From Octopus sinensis (lineage: Eukaryota): a stretch of DNA of 64,000 nt. The position numbers and the translations under genes were made by a program. The stretch is from the NCBI RefSeq assembly GCF_006345805.1, contig NC_043007.1:60202001-60266000 (forward strand). The letters are read 5' to 3'. Numbering within the stretch: the stretch's first letter is position 1; every line of letters begins with the position of its first letter. Below the pieces are notes generated by a model. The model saw only the letters and a list, made by a program, of their open reading frames with translations. It had not been told where the DNA came from and ran no database searches. Positions 38,216 through 50,557 of the stretch are shown in pieces.

Positions 38216-38993
38216 AAAAAAGCATGTGTATGTGTGTACAAAACAATTGATCACTTTAAAGTGCCTCGGGGAAGAACATATTGTAGGAACCCCATGAATT
38301 TCCAGAATTAATATAATACCAGCCAGAATCTTCAGGATCCTAACTGGTATTATGAATTATCAGTAAATAAAACTCACAAAAAAAGGAATATATGCCATAA
38401 GGGAGATGAGGAGAGGGGATATGATTTCTAGTATTTTAGGCAGGTTCTTTTGTCTATGAATCTCATTATAGAATTGATGGAAGAACTACAGATATGTATA
38501 AATTTATCATCATCATTTAATATCCATTTTCTATGCTGACAGTCTGACCAGATGCAACGAGTCACAGGGCTGCAGCAAGTTCCACTGTCAGCTTTGGCAT
38601 ATTCCTATGGCTTGATGTTCTTCCTAACACCAACCACATGATTCATATTTTTTTTTTTTTGTGCCAATATCACTAGTGAGACTGATAAGTCACTTGCCTG
38701 ATAAAAAAAAAGAACTAGGTAAAAGGGAAAACTTTCGTTACTAAGTCGAGGGGAGGTGGCTTTATGCGAAGTGTTGAAAGGGACAAGCATATAAAATTTG
38801 ATAACTGTTATGAAGTGATTCTGAAGAAAAATTGAGATGTGAGTGAAAAGCAGATTAGCAGAGCATAATTCTTTGAAAGTCATGGTGCTATTAATATTTA
38901 CACAACAATTAAGAAGACTTATGGTAAAGATTTATTGTAGTTGAGGTAATGAGCCGAAAAGTTTTAATTAAATAAAATTAGCGTTTATATTCT

Positions 38994-39513
38994 ATCATCA
39001 TCATCATCATCATCGTTTAACGTCCGTTCTCCATGCTAGCATGGGTTGGACGGTTCGACCGGGGTTCTGGGAAGCCAGAAGGCTGCACCAGGCTCCAGTC
39101 TAATCTGGCAATGTTTCTACAGCTGGATGCCCTTCCTAACGCCAACCACTCCGTGAGTGTCGTGGGTGCTTTTTACGTGCCACCTGCACAGGTGCCAGGC
39201 GAGGTTGGCAACGGCCACGGTCAGATTGGTGTATTTTATGTGCCACCGGCACGGAAGCCAGTCGAGGCGGTGCTGGCATCGGCCACGAGTCGGATAGTGC
39301 TTTTTACGTACCACCAGACCAGGGATCCTGGCTGGTTCAATTCGATTTCGATTTCGCTTGCCCCAACATGTCTTCACAAGCAAAGGGGGTTGGCATGGGT
39401 GCCTGTCGTACGGTCGCATTGGAGTATTTTACGTGCCACGGCCACGAGTCGGATAGTGCTTTTTACGTACCACCAGACCAGGGATCCTGGCTGGTTCAAT
39501 TCGATTTCGATTT
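38994..39513 (-). mobile_element. RTE LINE 3'UTR with internal ~75-bp duplication (young)
   Basis: (CAT)n tail, CpG-rich. CGGCCACGAGTCGGATAGTGC...TTCGATTTCGATTTC occurs at ~39280-39356 and ~39440-39513. Confidence 0.85.
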
Positions 39514-40048
39514 CTATATAAACAAATATTCTTTTTTACTAATTCATAAGAGGCATTCTGGTTTTATGCTGTAGCTATTTTATATTGTTGAAGCTGGCCA
39601 AACTGGGCATTGTACAGATGTTTAAGGATAGACTTCTCCAGTGTCGACTACTGTGTTATGTGTGTGTGTGTATCATCTATGTTTCCATGCATGCATGGGC
39701 CAGGCAGAATTCACTGAGACAGATTTTTAACAGCTTAATTCTCTTCCTATCACCAAGAATCAAGCAAGGTTATACTTCCCCATAGCTGGATATGGTTTTA
39801 CAAAACACTGATAATGAATGGCACCACTTATAGAACAGTGACACTCATTTACAACCATCATGTTGTTATGTCAAAGAAATGCATACACACACAATTGAAG
39901 AGTTTTATATTGTAGGTACTTGGTGACCTCACCGGTGCTGGTACCATGTAAAAAGTACCCAGTACACTCTTAAGTGGTTGGCATTAGGAAGGGCATCGAG
40001 CTGTAGGAACCATGCCAGCATGGAAATGGGAATGTCAAATGATGAAAA

Positions 40049-40085
<37 letters not shown>

Positions 40086-40710
40086 CTGTCTAACAAGTCT
40101 TCTTACAAGGCTTTGGTGGAAGACACTTGCCTATAGTATCACACAATAGGATTGAAACATGAAACTATGTAGTTGGACTGTGAATTTCTTAACCACATAA
40201 CCATGTCTGCCGAATACATTGTAGCAAAGTGAAACGAGATGATTAAAAAGTTTAACTGAGTAGAATGTATAAACCATTACAATTGCAATGTTGAATCTTT
40301 GTAAAGGAAATATACCAGTTCAAGTATATACATTTTGAATTCTCATAAAACCCTGGACCAATAGGAAAATCAATATTCTGGCAATGATCAATATAGTATG
40401 TTTCACACAAGTATATTAGTATATTTCTAGCAAGATTGATCAAAGAATTAACCTTACCTTTTTTATTTACACTGCCACTCAATTAGTACAACCACTTAAT
40501 GCACATCTAAGAATTGCGGCATTTTTTTTCCCTAAGTATATTACTTTTCTATTGTGTTAGGGCAATAAAGAGATTTCTGAGGAAGATCTAGTGATGGCTG
40601 CTTCTGTGTATATATATATAACTCATGCTTGCTTGCATTTCATTTAAATATAAATTCACCATTCTGTTTCTTATGCTGTTAAGAGGTAGCCAATATCAAG
40701 GCCAAATAAA

Positions 40711-40885
40711 ATGGTGAGCTGGCAGAATTGTTACCATGCCGGACAAAATGCTTAGCGACATTTCATCCATCTGAGTTCAAATTCTGCTAAGGTCAACTTT
40801 ACCTTTCATCCTTTCAGGGTCAATGTAACTGACTTATCCCCTCCCCTGAAATTGCTGACCTTGTGCCAAAATTTGAAATCAGTAT
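40711..40885 (+). mobile_element. SINE family C
   Basis: GGTGAGCTGGCAGAATTG...GGTCAACTTTACCTTTCATCCTTTCAGGGTCAA. Confidence 0.75.
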
Positions 40886-41000
40886 TAAGATCAAAAAAAA
40901 AAAAAAGGCAAGTTGAGAAATAATTCACAGATTTATCTAATCCAATATCTCAGAGAAACTGATATGATCCTCTTGTAGCTAACTCCCTATTGTATTAAAT

Positions 41001-41189
41001 TTAACCTTTTTGATACCACCTAAGACCACTTCCAATTCTATCATATAAACCTCCATCAAAATTTCATATTAAAGTACAAAATGCCAGCTTAATATTGACA
41101 AAGCGTTTTTTCACTAAATTCTTCATTTTCAAAATTAATTGAAATAAATGCAGTGTATTTCAACAGAAATATGCTAACAAAAGGGTTAA
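41001..41189. mobile_element. piggyBac-type MITE
   Basis: TTAA|CCTTTTTGATAC ... GCTAACAAAAGGG|TTAA. Confidence 0.75.
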
Positions 41190-43157
41190 GATTTCTGCTG
41201 CTATTTATCTGTACAAAATTTGACGTAAATTCTTTTGGCATTTCATAAAACTATTGTATTTCTCCTTACCCTGCTGTTAATTTAAATAGAATCAATAGTT
41301 GCTACTAGTCAAAACCGTATCCACTTGAGTCCACCTATATTTGAAGTAGTGATATCAAATAACTAGTGCAATCAGGACTAACTATTATTGATCACTCACT
41401 AAATATAAACCATATTTTTATCTTAAAATTTCATGTATCTTGATATATTACCTATCTTTTGGTATAATTATAGAACTAAACTATTTTCTTTTGTTAACAA
41501 TTCAAATGATGATCTTCATAGCCATAATTCACATCCTGTCAACAAAATCTAATTAGTTTATTTCTTACAAAGATAAAATTTTGAGGGTTATTTTTTTATT
41601 GTTACCTTATTTTTTGTTTCTAGTTTCACTGATGGTTAAATTTAGCAGTATAGATTCAATTAAGCCTTCTTCTGAAATAGAATTATTTTTTGTTGCTTTT
41701 TGTTCCATTTTATTCAGCTGCAGATTTAATTCATCAAAAGCAACAATAGCATCTTCACCTGATTCCTTTGGAGGGTATTAATATCTAAGGATATTTGCTG
41801 CCTCTGATTTGTGTTCTTGTTTCACAACAATATTCTTTACTCCAGTTCTACAAGCACTTTAATTGACAATTAAATATCACTGGTCAGAAAAAAATTAAAA
41901 ATTCCTCTCTTGAGGTTAACATTTTAACTTGCCATTAATTCAAAATAACATTATGAGAAATCAGGTAACCTGAGGAAAATAGAAACCTAAGTAGAGAATA
42001 AATCTGGTTTTTAATTATGATTTTTGTTTGTTTTGTAACTTCTGTTATTTACTGCAATCATAAACATTAAAGACATTTCTTTTTTGTGGTGTAGGGGTAG
42101 TCAGTGTTATTTGTAAAAAATAAAAGAGAGAAAGAAAAAAGTCACAAATATTGATTCTAATAGAATTTGCCTGAAACTCCTACTTTATTTTGTCTAAACT
42201 GCAATCATTACAGTTACTGGCAATTCTGGAATTATTCTTTATTGAACACTGTTTAAAAGCTTCTGTAATTTTTTTTTTTTTTTTAATGATGAAATAATGC
42301 AACACTACTGCTTCTCAAAAGAAAAAGAAAAAAAACTGAGACTAATGTAAGAGTTTACAATTACATGCATTTAGATTATGCTGATCAATATTTAATCTTC
42401 TTGATTATTCTGTAATTTGATATTTTGAGATGATAGAAATCTTCTTTCATAGATATGAAAAGCTGTTTTTAAACACTAAGCTATAACTTTTTTCCTGCTC
42501 TCAGAGTATATTGTGTTATATATTAAATGCAATATTTATTTCTAACATTGATGCCTTCAGTAATGGAGTGTTCACAGAATCAGTTTCATTTTTGCTTTCT
42601 TTTTCTTTGTCTTTTACATATTCCCATTCCTTTTAAATGTAATGATGCCTAATAATTACTGTATGTCAGTTGGAAATAGGACTTTTTTTTTAAAACTCCT
42701 AATGCTTATTCTAAATAATATGTAACTTCAAAAGATTTCTTAGGTAAAACTAGTTTCTATGAACACTTAATGCAACTGGTGCCTTTGTGTTGTGCAGGTC
42801 ATGAATGGATTGTATGTGTGTCACTACTGTTTACCATTACAAATAAAATAGTACATAATATAGGCTATTACTAATAAAATAGTACATAATATAGGCTGAC
42901 CTAAAAATATGTTCAAAGCTAAAATAAAAGTTAGATCATGTGCTAGAGTCACACATGGTTTGATGTTTCAAACTGAGTAATTATGCATTATTAACATTTC
43001 TTCATCAGTACCATAATTTAATTCGGTATCCAAACAAGGTTGACTGGACTACAATATTGTTTTGCTACAATTATTTTGATGTTTTGAATAGTAACTGAAT
43101 TTTTCTGCAAATTAACAGAGTAATAAAATAATTTTGTAAATACACATATGTGGGATG

Positions 43158-43470
43158 TTTTTCTCTTTTTTTTTATGTATTCTGGAGAATAAATGATGAT
43201 ATTACAGATTATTATGGATGGCAACACAGACATGATACAAATTATGCTAAGACAATAATTATTTATGTATTTAAACTAGATTTTCTTCTCTCTCTTACTT
43301 CTAACTAGCTCTCTCTCAAGCCTACAGACAAGGAAGACATACGGACAGTTTGTTTCTCTTTTTTTTTTTATGTATTCTTTGAAGCTCATTGTGATAAAAG
43401 ACAATATCACAGATTAATATAGATCACAACACAGAGACATGATATTAAATTAAGCTTAAACAATTATCTA
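43158..43470. repeat. Old diverged tandem duplication (~110-bp units, period ~200)
   Basis: TTTCTC(T)nATGTATTCT...ATA(T)(T/C)ACAGATTA...CAACACAGA(GA)CATGATA...AATTA(T/A)GCT repeated at ~43160-43265 and ~43354-43470. Confidence 0.6.
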
Positions 43471-43665
43471 TTTATCTACTTACACTAACATGCTGTCTCA
43501 CTTAGTAAATGCAGTTGCTCAGTAACATGAGCTTGCCCACTACGAACACTTTCTGTCTTAAGTATGACCAGCTGCCATTACTTTATCCTGACAGTGAGAA
43601 ATTTTATGTGATCACACGAGTGGTCCTGACTAGAGTGCCTTGGAACATAGTTCTTCAGTCATATT

Positions 43666-43890
43666 AAAGGCAACCTAACTAGAGTATTTCTACAGAGTGG
43701 AATATAGACTTGGAAAACTACAGTAAAGGTAGCCTGCCTAGGAGAGTAGTAACTGAATTAAAAATCTGGACAGAGGAGAAATTAATTCTAAAAGTTGTAG
43801 CAAAGGCAACCTGCCTAGAAAAACAGTAACTCTACAAACTGACAGTGTATAGAGAGAACATTTTAGACTTGAAAGGCAACTTCTCTAGAC
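43666..43890 (+). repeat. Four copies of a ~17-nt motif with non-repeated spacers
   Basis: AAAGGCAACCTAACTAG (43666), AAAGGTAGCCTGCCTAG (43725), AAAGGCAACCTGCCTAG (43802), AAAGGCAACTTCTCTAG (43872). Confidence 0.6.
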
Positions 43891-44528
43891 TGGGTGGCTT
43901 GCTAGAATGCATCCAAACTATACTGTAAAGTGGATGGAGATAGGAACAGCATCCCACCAATGAAACCAAGCCAAAATCATGACAATCACGAATGCAGTGA
44001 AAATTTCTAATTGAGTATACAGGACAATCATTCACTATGTCAATACTGCTCACTGTAGTGAAGTAGTCAGGTGGGAATATTTGACGATGCGTGAGAAGCT
44101 TTTGACCATTATCAAATGATTGCACCAACTTTCTACTTTTTTAATGTAGAAAACAGAGGTGAAACAACCTAACCATGACTGGGAACTTTATTCTTACAAA
44201 ATTTCTTGGCTGCTACAGTCAACATTGGCACAGTGGAAAGTAGTTTAGGAGAAATTGCAAAGATGTTTATGTGGATGTAAGTAGATGTATACTGTGCAGA
44301 ATAGAGGGTGGGGTTTGACCAATGTCTTCACCAGCAAAGAACAATGGATAGCAAGAGCAACTGATATTAAGGAAATGTGAGAAAAGTTAAATTTAAACTA
44401 ATAGGTAATACAACATCAAAAGTGATCTCTTTATGTCTTTCCAATAAGGACTAACACATAAACAAAAAGGACTATTTCTATAGAGTACCTGGATAACAAA
44501 TGACAGCAGCTTCATTACTTCAGCTAAT

Positions 44529-44760
44529 GGCTTTAATGGACATATTGCATAGCACTGTGATGGCTGCTCCAGTATCCATGGAGGTTATGATACATGGAAT
44601 GAAGAGAGATCAAGGCTCCTAACCATTTGCAATGCTAACTTCAGGAAACCTGCCAACCACCTGACTCCTAATTACCTACCAAACAGATGAATATGCAAAC
44701 CAGGTTGTCCATAACCACCAAGAAATGGAACAGACAGTTGATTATGAATACTAATTCTGC
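44529..44760 (+). pseudogene. Decayed RTE-type AP-endonuclease fragment
   Basis: GFNGHIA*HCDGCSSIHGGYDTWNEERSRLLTICNANFRKPANHL resembles the APE stretch GDFNGH..G...VHGG.G.G.RNEEG.RLL...ICN..F.K...HL.TY. Confidence 0.5.
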
Positions 44761-45542
44761 TAATAGAAAGTGTGAAGTACAAAATGATGGAGCATGGAGA
44801 GATTTGGAATAAAATAAGTAGCGTGTCTACAGGTTTTGGATTTCTCATATGAGAGAGTGGTATACCAATAAATTTGTTAAATATTTAGTATGATCCTTTC
44901 AGATATTCTATGAAGCATAATTTCACTCCTTGTAATTTTTAGTGTGTATTTTGTTTTTGTTTTTTGTTGTTTTTTTAAGAGTGGGGATGTTCAGAAAAAG
45001 CAATTTAAATTTGTTAGTTAAACAAGATACAGATTAGACACTCAAGCAACTATCTGTATTACTAACTTCTTCATTCAAATATTATCATTTAATTTAATCA
45101 GCAGCATTTTGTAAAACATCACATGTCCATTAGATTTTGTTAATGAGATAGTGAAGATTAATTTAAATTAAAACCATATTTTAATCTACAAATATGTAAT
45201 TTACAAAAGTAATTTACTTTGAAAAATCAGAATTTTATAATATATCAGCAAACTTTATAATATTCACTGGCTGAAATGGAAATTACATTTTAATTACTTA
45301 AAAAAGAAAATGTTGGTGAAATTTTCAGCCTGTTATTTTTAATGTTAGCAAAATGGTTAATATAATTAGATAACTAGGAGAGGTAATTCATTGAACTCAC
45401 ATTTAAGAATTAGAAGCAGAAATATCTGTACAAATAATTAAGAGAAACAACACTTGTAAATTCTGATGTTATAATTAAATACATTCAGATAATATTGTTG
45501 CTTTACACATTTTCTGATTCCACATAAATCAATACCCTTTGA

Positions 45543-45680
45543 CCTTTTCATTACTATACACCTAACTAAAATACACCCCAACGTCTTTCAATTAATTTCC
45601 ACAATAATTGTGGTTTAGACTGGTTTCATAAAATAATTATGACACATTTTATTTATTAATATATCAATATGATGTTTCAA
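45543..45680 (-). mobile_element. Diverged inverted copy of the right end of the 47145-48237 element
   Basis: AAAATACACCCC...TTTCAATTAATTTC...TTTAGACTGGTTTCAT is the reverse complement of ~48100-48230. Confidence 0.55.
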
Positions 45681-46204
45681 ATAAAACAAATATTTCTCTC
45701 ATAAGTCTATTATGAAATTCATCTTCTGATAACTGGTAAGTAAAGGTAAAATATTAATTGAATTTATTACCAATATTATATTAGGAAGCTTACTAAAATG
45801 CTCATATTTTTAGTAAATAAACCCTGGTTATGACCCAGTTTGTCCTTTCCTCAAGTTTATATTTTCTGTAACAAATAGACTCTGATGCATTATAATAGCT
45901 CTTAAAACCCTATACCACAAATATCCACAGGTGTCACTAAATTTTAAAATGCATGAAACCACAGTTTTAATAGCATTGTTGTTTAAGGCTTCTGGGTGAG
46001 AAACAAAGTTTAGTATCATTTAAGAATGAACTTCTTGTCAAAAGACTTCCTATTTGCACCATGAATTTTTTTTGTTTTTGTTTTTATCAAATAAATTTCT
46101 CTAGATGTTTTCTTACTTTGATTTTCAACCATAATGGCAGTTTATACCCCAACCAGTGAGTTAGAATTTAATAGCTTTAATTGATTACTTAGCTTGACAT
46201 CTTT

Positions 46205-46385
46205 TCAAGCACAGCAAACCGTCAGGAGTCTCAGTCCCTTATCATCCCTTCTGTGAGCCCCAACGTCTGCAGATCCTTTCTCACCACTTTGTCCAATGTC
46301 TTCCTGGATCTACTCCTTCCACATGTTCCCTCTACATTTAGAGATTGGCATCTCTTCATGCAACCATCTTCATTCACATACATTA
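46205..46385 (-). mobile_element. RTE LINE ORF C-terminal fragment
   Basis: NEDGCMKRCQSLNVEGTCGRSRSRKTLDKVVRKDLQTLGLTEGMIRD*DS*RFAVLEK. Confidence 0.8.
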
Positions 46386-47144
46386 CATGCCCTCTTTTTC
46401 TAATAGGAGTTTTGCAACTTCCAAGATAGATATTAACTGGAGCACAAACTCAGCATTGAGACAGGAAAGGATGTAAATATACTTCTAATGATCTTTGTAT
46501 AATCAACTTAACTGTATTCAACTACTTTGGCAAGTGAAAGTAACATGAGAAAGATAATAACCACATTCACAATGTTCACCAACAAACATAAATTGCCACA
46601 GCAAATTTTATTCAAATTTAAGCAGCAGTTATATTTTTATAATTTTAACTGGACTAACTATGCTTCATCAAGATCTAATTTCTAACAGGATTGAGAGATT
46701 TACATAGATAAAGCACTACAGGAATTTAAAAGATAAATACTAGAATTGGAGGGATAACAGATAAGTTTGAAAGAGAAATACTTTAAACCATTCTCTTTCT
46801 GGAAATCATTGTTTTCACTGCAGCTGTCCAGCAGTGTTTACACACTGGAATATTCAAACATCCTGTTTCAAGTTCACCATATGTTATTTTTTACATATAT
46901 TTTTTTTGTTCTATTTTCTGCTTTCAAAAATTAAATTCAAATTCAGGGTCGTTATTGCTGAAACTAGAGCTTTTCTAGCTTTACATAATTTAAAGAACAG
47001 AACAGTACATAATAGAAATACGAGGTGGTGGTTTGGAAAAATATCAGAAATATTTGGAAAACAAAATTCTTGTTTAGAAATGCTGAACATCAGCATTGTT
47101 TTAACATCCACTTTTCCATAATTGCATAGGTCAAATGGAATTTA

Positions 47145-48237
47145 TTAACCCTTTCGTTACCAAACCGCCCAAAGCCACCTGAAAAAAATTTTGGTTAATG
47201 TGACCAAACCGCCCAAACCCGCCCGTATTTACCTATTCATGTTTAAATGAGAATATCAGAGCAAATCTCTTTAGTACATTCGTGAAAACACGTGATTATA
47301 CTTCGTAAACAGTTCATCTACAGTTTTGTACAACGATCGAAGTGTAATTTTAATTCTGTGAATTTTGGGAGATTTTTTTCCGAAATTTGTTCCTATTGTG
47401 TTTTCAAAATTTGTAATTCTGACAAAAAATGGATATGAATTTCATTATATCAAGCAGCGAGTCAGAATTTGAAGGATTTTCTACTGAAGACCTTGATAAA
47501 TCTAATTCTATGACTGAAAAAAAAAAGCACGTGGTATTTGATAATGAATCTGATGTTTCATTTTCTGAAAGTGAAAACAGTGAATCCAAGAGCTCCGACA
47601 GCGATAAAGAAAATGAATTAGCACCTGAATCAAGTGAAAATTTAAAAACTGTTTCTTTCGGTGATTTTTCTGAAGAAACTGAACCAAGCCACAGACTTTC
47701 CCAGGAGAGTAAAGCCTTAGACTATTTCTTTTTACTTTTTCGAATGAGCCTATTTGAAATCATTATGGCGGAAACGAACTGTTACGCTAAATGTAAACAA
47801 AGCGAAAGAAAGGATAGTTAGTGGTTTCCAACAACCTTAAATGAAATTAAGACTATTTTGCCATAAATATTATTATGGGTATCAGAAAGTTACCCACAAT
47901 AACAAATTCTATCATAAAATTTTGTTGTATACCCAATTGAATATTAGCTAATAACCCATTTTCTATAGCGATGTTTGAACAAAATTTTAATAATTTTATA
48001 TTTTGTTGAATTTACCTGTATCTACCTGCAATTAGAGTCACTTTGTGACAAAAATTATAGTATAGAATTGGTTGAGAACATTTCATTGAATTATCTTCCA
48101 AAATTCATGTTAATATATTGATAAATAAAAAAGTTATAGTTGTTTAATGAAACCAGACTAAATTTGATTATGTTAGAAATTAATTGAAATACATAAGGGG
48201 TGTATTTTGGTCAGAAATATAGTAACAAAAGGGTTAA
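47145..48237 (+). mobile_element. Internally deleted piggyBac element
   Basis: TTAA|CCCTTTCGTTAC (47149) ... GTAACAAAAGGG|TTAA (48233); TIRs match 11/12. Contains a transposase N-terminal remnant. Confidence 0.8.
47429..47900 (+). pseudogene. piggyBac (PGBD-like) transposase N-terminus, truncated
   Basis: Acidic S/E/D-rich leader, then SKALDYFFLLF..SLFEIIMAETNCYAK...*WFPTTLNEIK and, after a frameshift, FAINIIMGIRKLP. The ETN.YA...W..T...EI...MG..KLP stretch is typical of PGBD. No catalytic core. Confidence 0.8.
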
Positions 48238-49128
48238 GGTAGAATTTCTTTGGTTTGATGTCCTTCTTTTGCCCACTCTCATTTGTTTCCAAATAAGGCA
48301 ATATTTCTCCATGACTGGACATTTTTACAGAAGACTGGAAATGGATGACACCACTTGGTTCATTGTGACACATATTTACAACTATTGTGATGTGAAGTCA
48401 AGAAGGTGCAAACGTACCACATTCACCTACGACAAGCTTCTTTCAGTTTCCATCAACCAAATCTACTAACAAACCCAGGAGGGTAATAGAAGATACAAAG
48501 ACATTTACCCAATGTACCATGCAGTAGGACTGAACCAAAGCAATATAGTTGGGAAGCAAGTGTCCTAACAAGACAGCCAATGTGTAGCAAATGTTTTAGC
48601 TAGTGAAATTATTTATTATCATTTATGCAATGACCATATTTACATCAATATTTTCATTTAAGTATGAATATTTCAATGCAGGTGGTGCCAGACACTTAGG
48701 TAGCCTACAATTATAGGCAATAGTAGATGACTTGGTAATAAAAACATTAAATATATTCAATTTATCAAATATGTTGTTCATTCATTTCAATATATTTATC
48801 TTTTCATCAATTTGCTTCAAATTAATTTGCTTAGTTTCTTTAAAGGGGAGGTTTAGTTGATTGCCTCGACCCCAATGCTTAAACTGGTACTTTATCAGCC
48901 TCAGAAGGTTGATAAAGGTGAAGTCAGCCTCAGTAGGTTTTGAACTCTGTAAGTAAAGGAGTAGAGTACTGCAAAGTATTTTTCCTGGGGTTCAGCCCTC
49001 TAATCCCCACCCATTATTTATTATAATCTGGTCATATGAATGTGTTCATATTTTGAAACAATTTTCCAGAAATAACATAATTGAACAGTTTAAACTTCAT
49101 GTGATATATTTATCAAACCACAACCATT

Positions 49129-49340
49129 GTTGGTTTCAAATTTTGGCACAAGGCCACCAATTTCTGGGAGGGGTTACTTGATTACATCAAACTCAGTCCT
49201 CAATTCATACTTAATTTATCGACCCTGGAAGGATGAAACAAGTCTACCTTGACAGAATTTGAACTCAGAAGATAAAGACAGATGAAATGCTGCTAAGCTT
49301 TTTGCCCGGCATGCTAACAAGTCTGCAAGCTTGCTAATTC
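49129..49340 (-). mobile_element. SINE family C with 13-bp TSD
   Basis: AACCACAACCATT at 49116-49128 and 49341-49353. Confidence 0.85.
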
Positions 49341-49368
49341 AACCACAACCATTATTAATGTGTTATAT

Positions 49369-49577
49369 AAGGTGGTAAGCTGGCAAAAATCGTAAACATG
49401 CCAGACAAAATGCTTAGCAGTATTTCATTTGTCTTTATGTTCTGAGTTCAAATTCTGCCAAGGTTGACTTTGCTTTCATCTTTTCAGGGTCAATGAAATA
49501 AGTACCAGTTGAGATAATCAATTACATAACCGTAACCCTTGCCCAAAATTTCAGGCTTTGTACTTGTATTAAAAAGG
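49369..49577 (+). mobile_element. SINE family C with ~18-bp TSD, head-to-head with the previous copy
   Basis: ATTATTAATGTGTTATAT (49351-49368) / ATTATTAATGTATTATAT (49578-49595). Confidence 0.85.
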
Positions 49578-49642
49578 ATTATTAATGTATTATATTGAAA
49601 TATATTTTTCTAATTTGTGTATGTGATTTCCTTTTCTTCCAG

Positions 49643-49701
49643 ATTTCAATGTATTAACCTTGCTAAAGACTCATGAGTGCAAACAAAAGTTGATAGTTTA
49701 G
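49643..49701 (+). other. Candidate (probably non-coding) exon
   Basis: TTCCTTTTCTTCCAG| acceptor and TAG|GTAAGT donor; all three frames contain a stop. Confidence 0.3.
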
Positions 49702-50520
49702 GTAAGTTATCTTAACAGTTATTTATGATTCACCTTATTTTCTCTTTCTCATAAAAAATATTGAAAAAAACAGATGCAATCAATCTAAATGGGCTAAGTA
49801 CTGGACCATTGATCAAAACTTCCAGTTGGTCTCTTTGGCAAAGCATATTAATTGTCCTAAACTAAAATAATAAATATACAGCTCAACTGAGTTGCTAATA
49901 TAATTAGAATAAACATATATCTGTAGGCATTGCTTCTGTAATTCAGACAGTTGTCTGAATTTTCAGAACATTCTTGAATTGTTTTTGTTATTTTTTAATG
50001 AATAAAAATAATACAAAATATAATTGTAAAATATTATAAAGAAATAGAATTGATTATTTCTGAAATAAAAAAACTTTTTTTTTAACAAGTGTTTTATAAC
50101 AATTTCAATCAAACCAGTGCAATTACTTGAATATTATATTTTTTTAAATCTTCAATTATTCATTTTCTACATGTCATAGATTAACCAAAATGCTGTGTTT
50201 TATTGTGTAAGACTGGAACATATTTATTTCACATTACAGCAGAAGTACCTTCCTGGAAACTAATGTTTTTAGATACTAAGCAATAATGTGGATTTTTTTT
50301 TAACTGTGAATATGAATAGGGATTTTCTCCCCCCCCCCATGTGTATTCCACTTATGAATTAAATCAGACCAATAACATTTTTACAATCTTTTTTCCAATG
50401 TTTTATTAAATAACTCATTGTTTTACACCATCTGTTGCACTTACAAGTCAATAGATAGGCTCTTAAATGAAATTAAACTTGTTTCTTTTCTATTGCAAGA
50501 TTATTTTATTTCATTGCTTA

Positions 50521-50557
<37 letters not shown>

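Noticed and set aside
41581-41830. Minus-strand protein-like stretch (YPPKESGEDAIVAFDELNLQLNKMEQ...)
   Set aside because: Interrupted by stops, no recognisable family or convincing splice context; probably decayed TE coding sequence that I cannot classify.
43666-43890. CRISPR-like repeat/spacer appearance
   Set aside because: Eukaryotic context, no cas genes, only four short (17-nt) degenerate repeats with irregular spacing. Kept only as a motif array.
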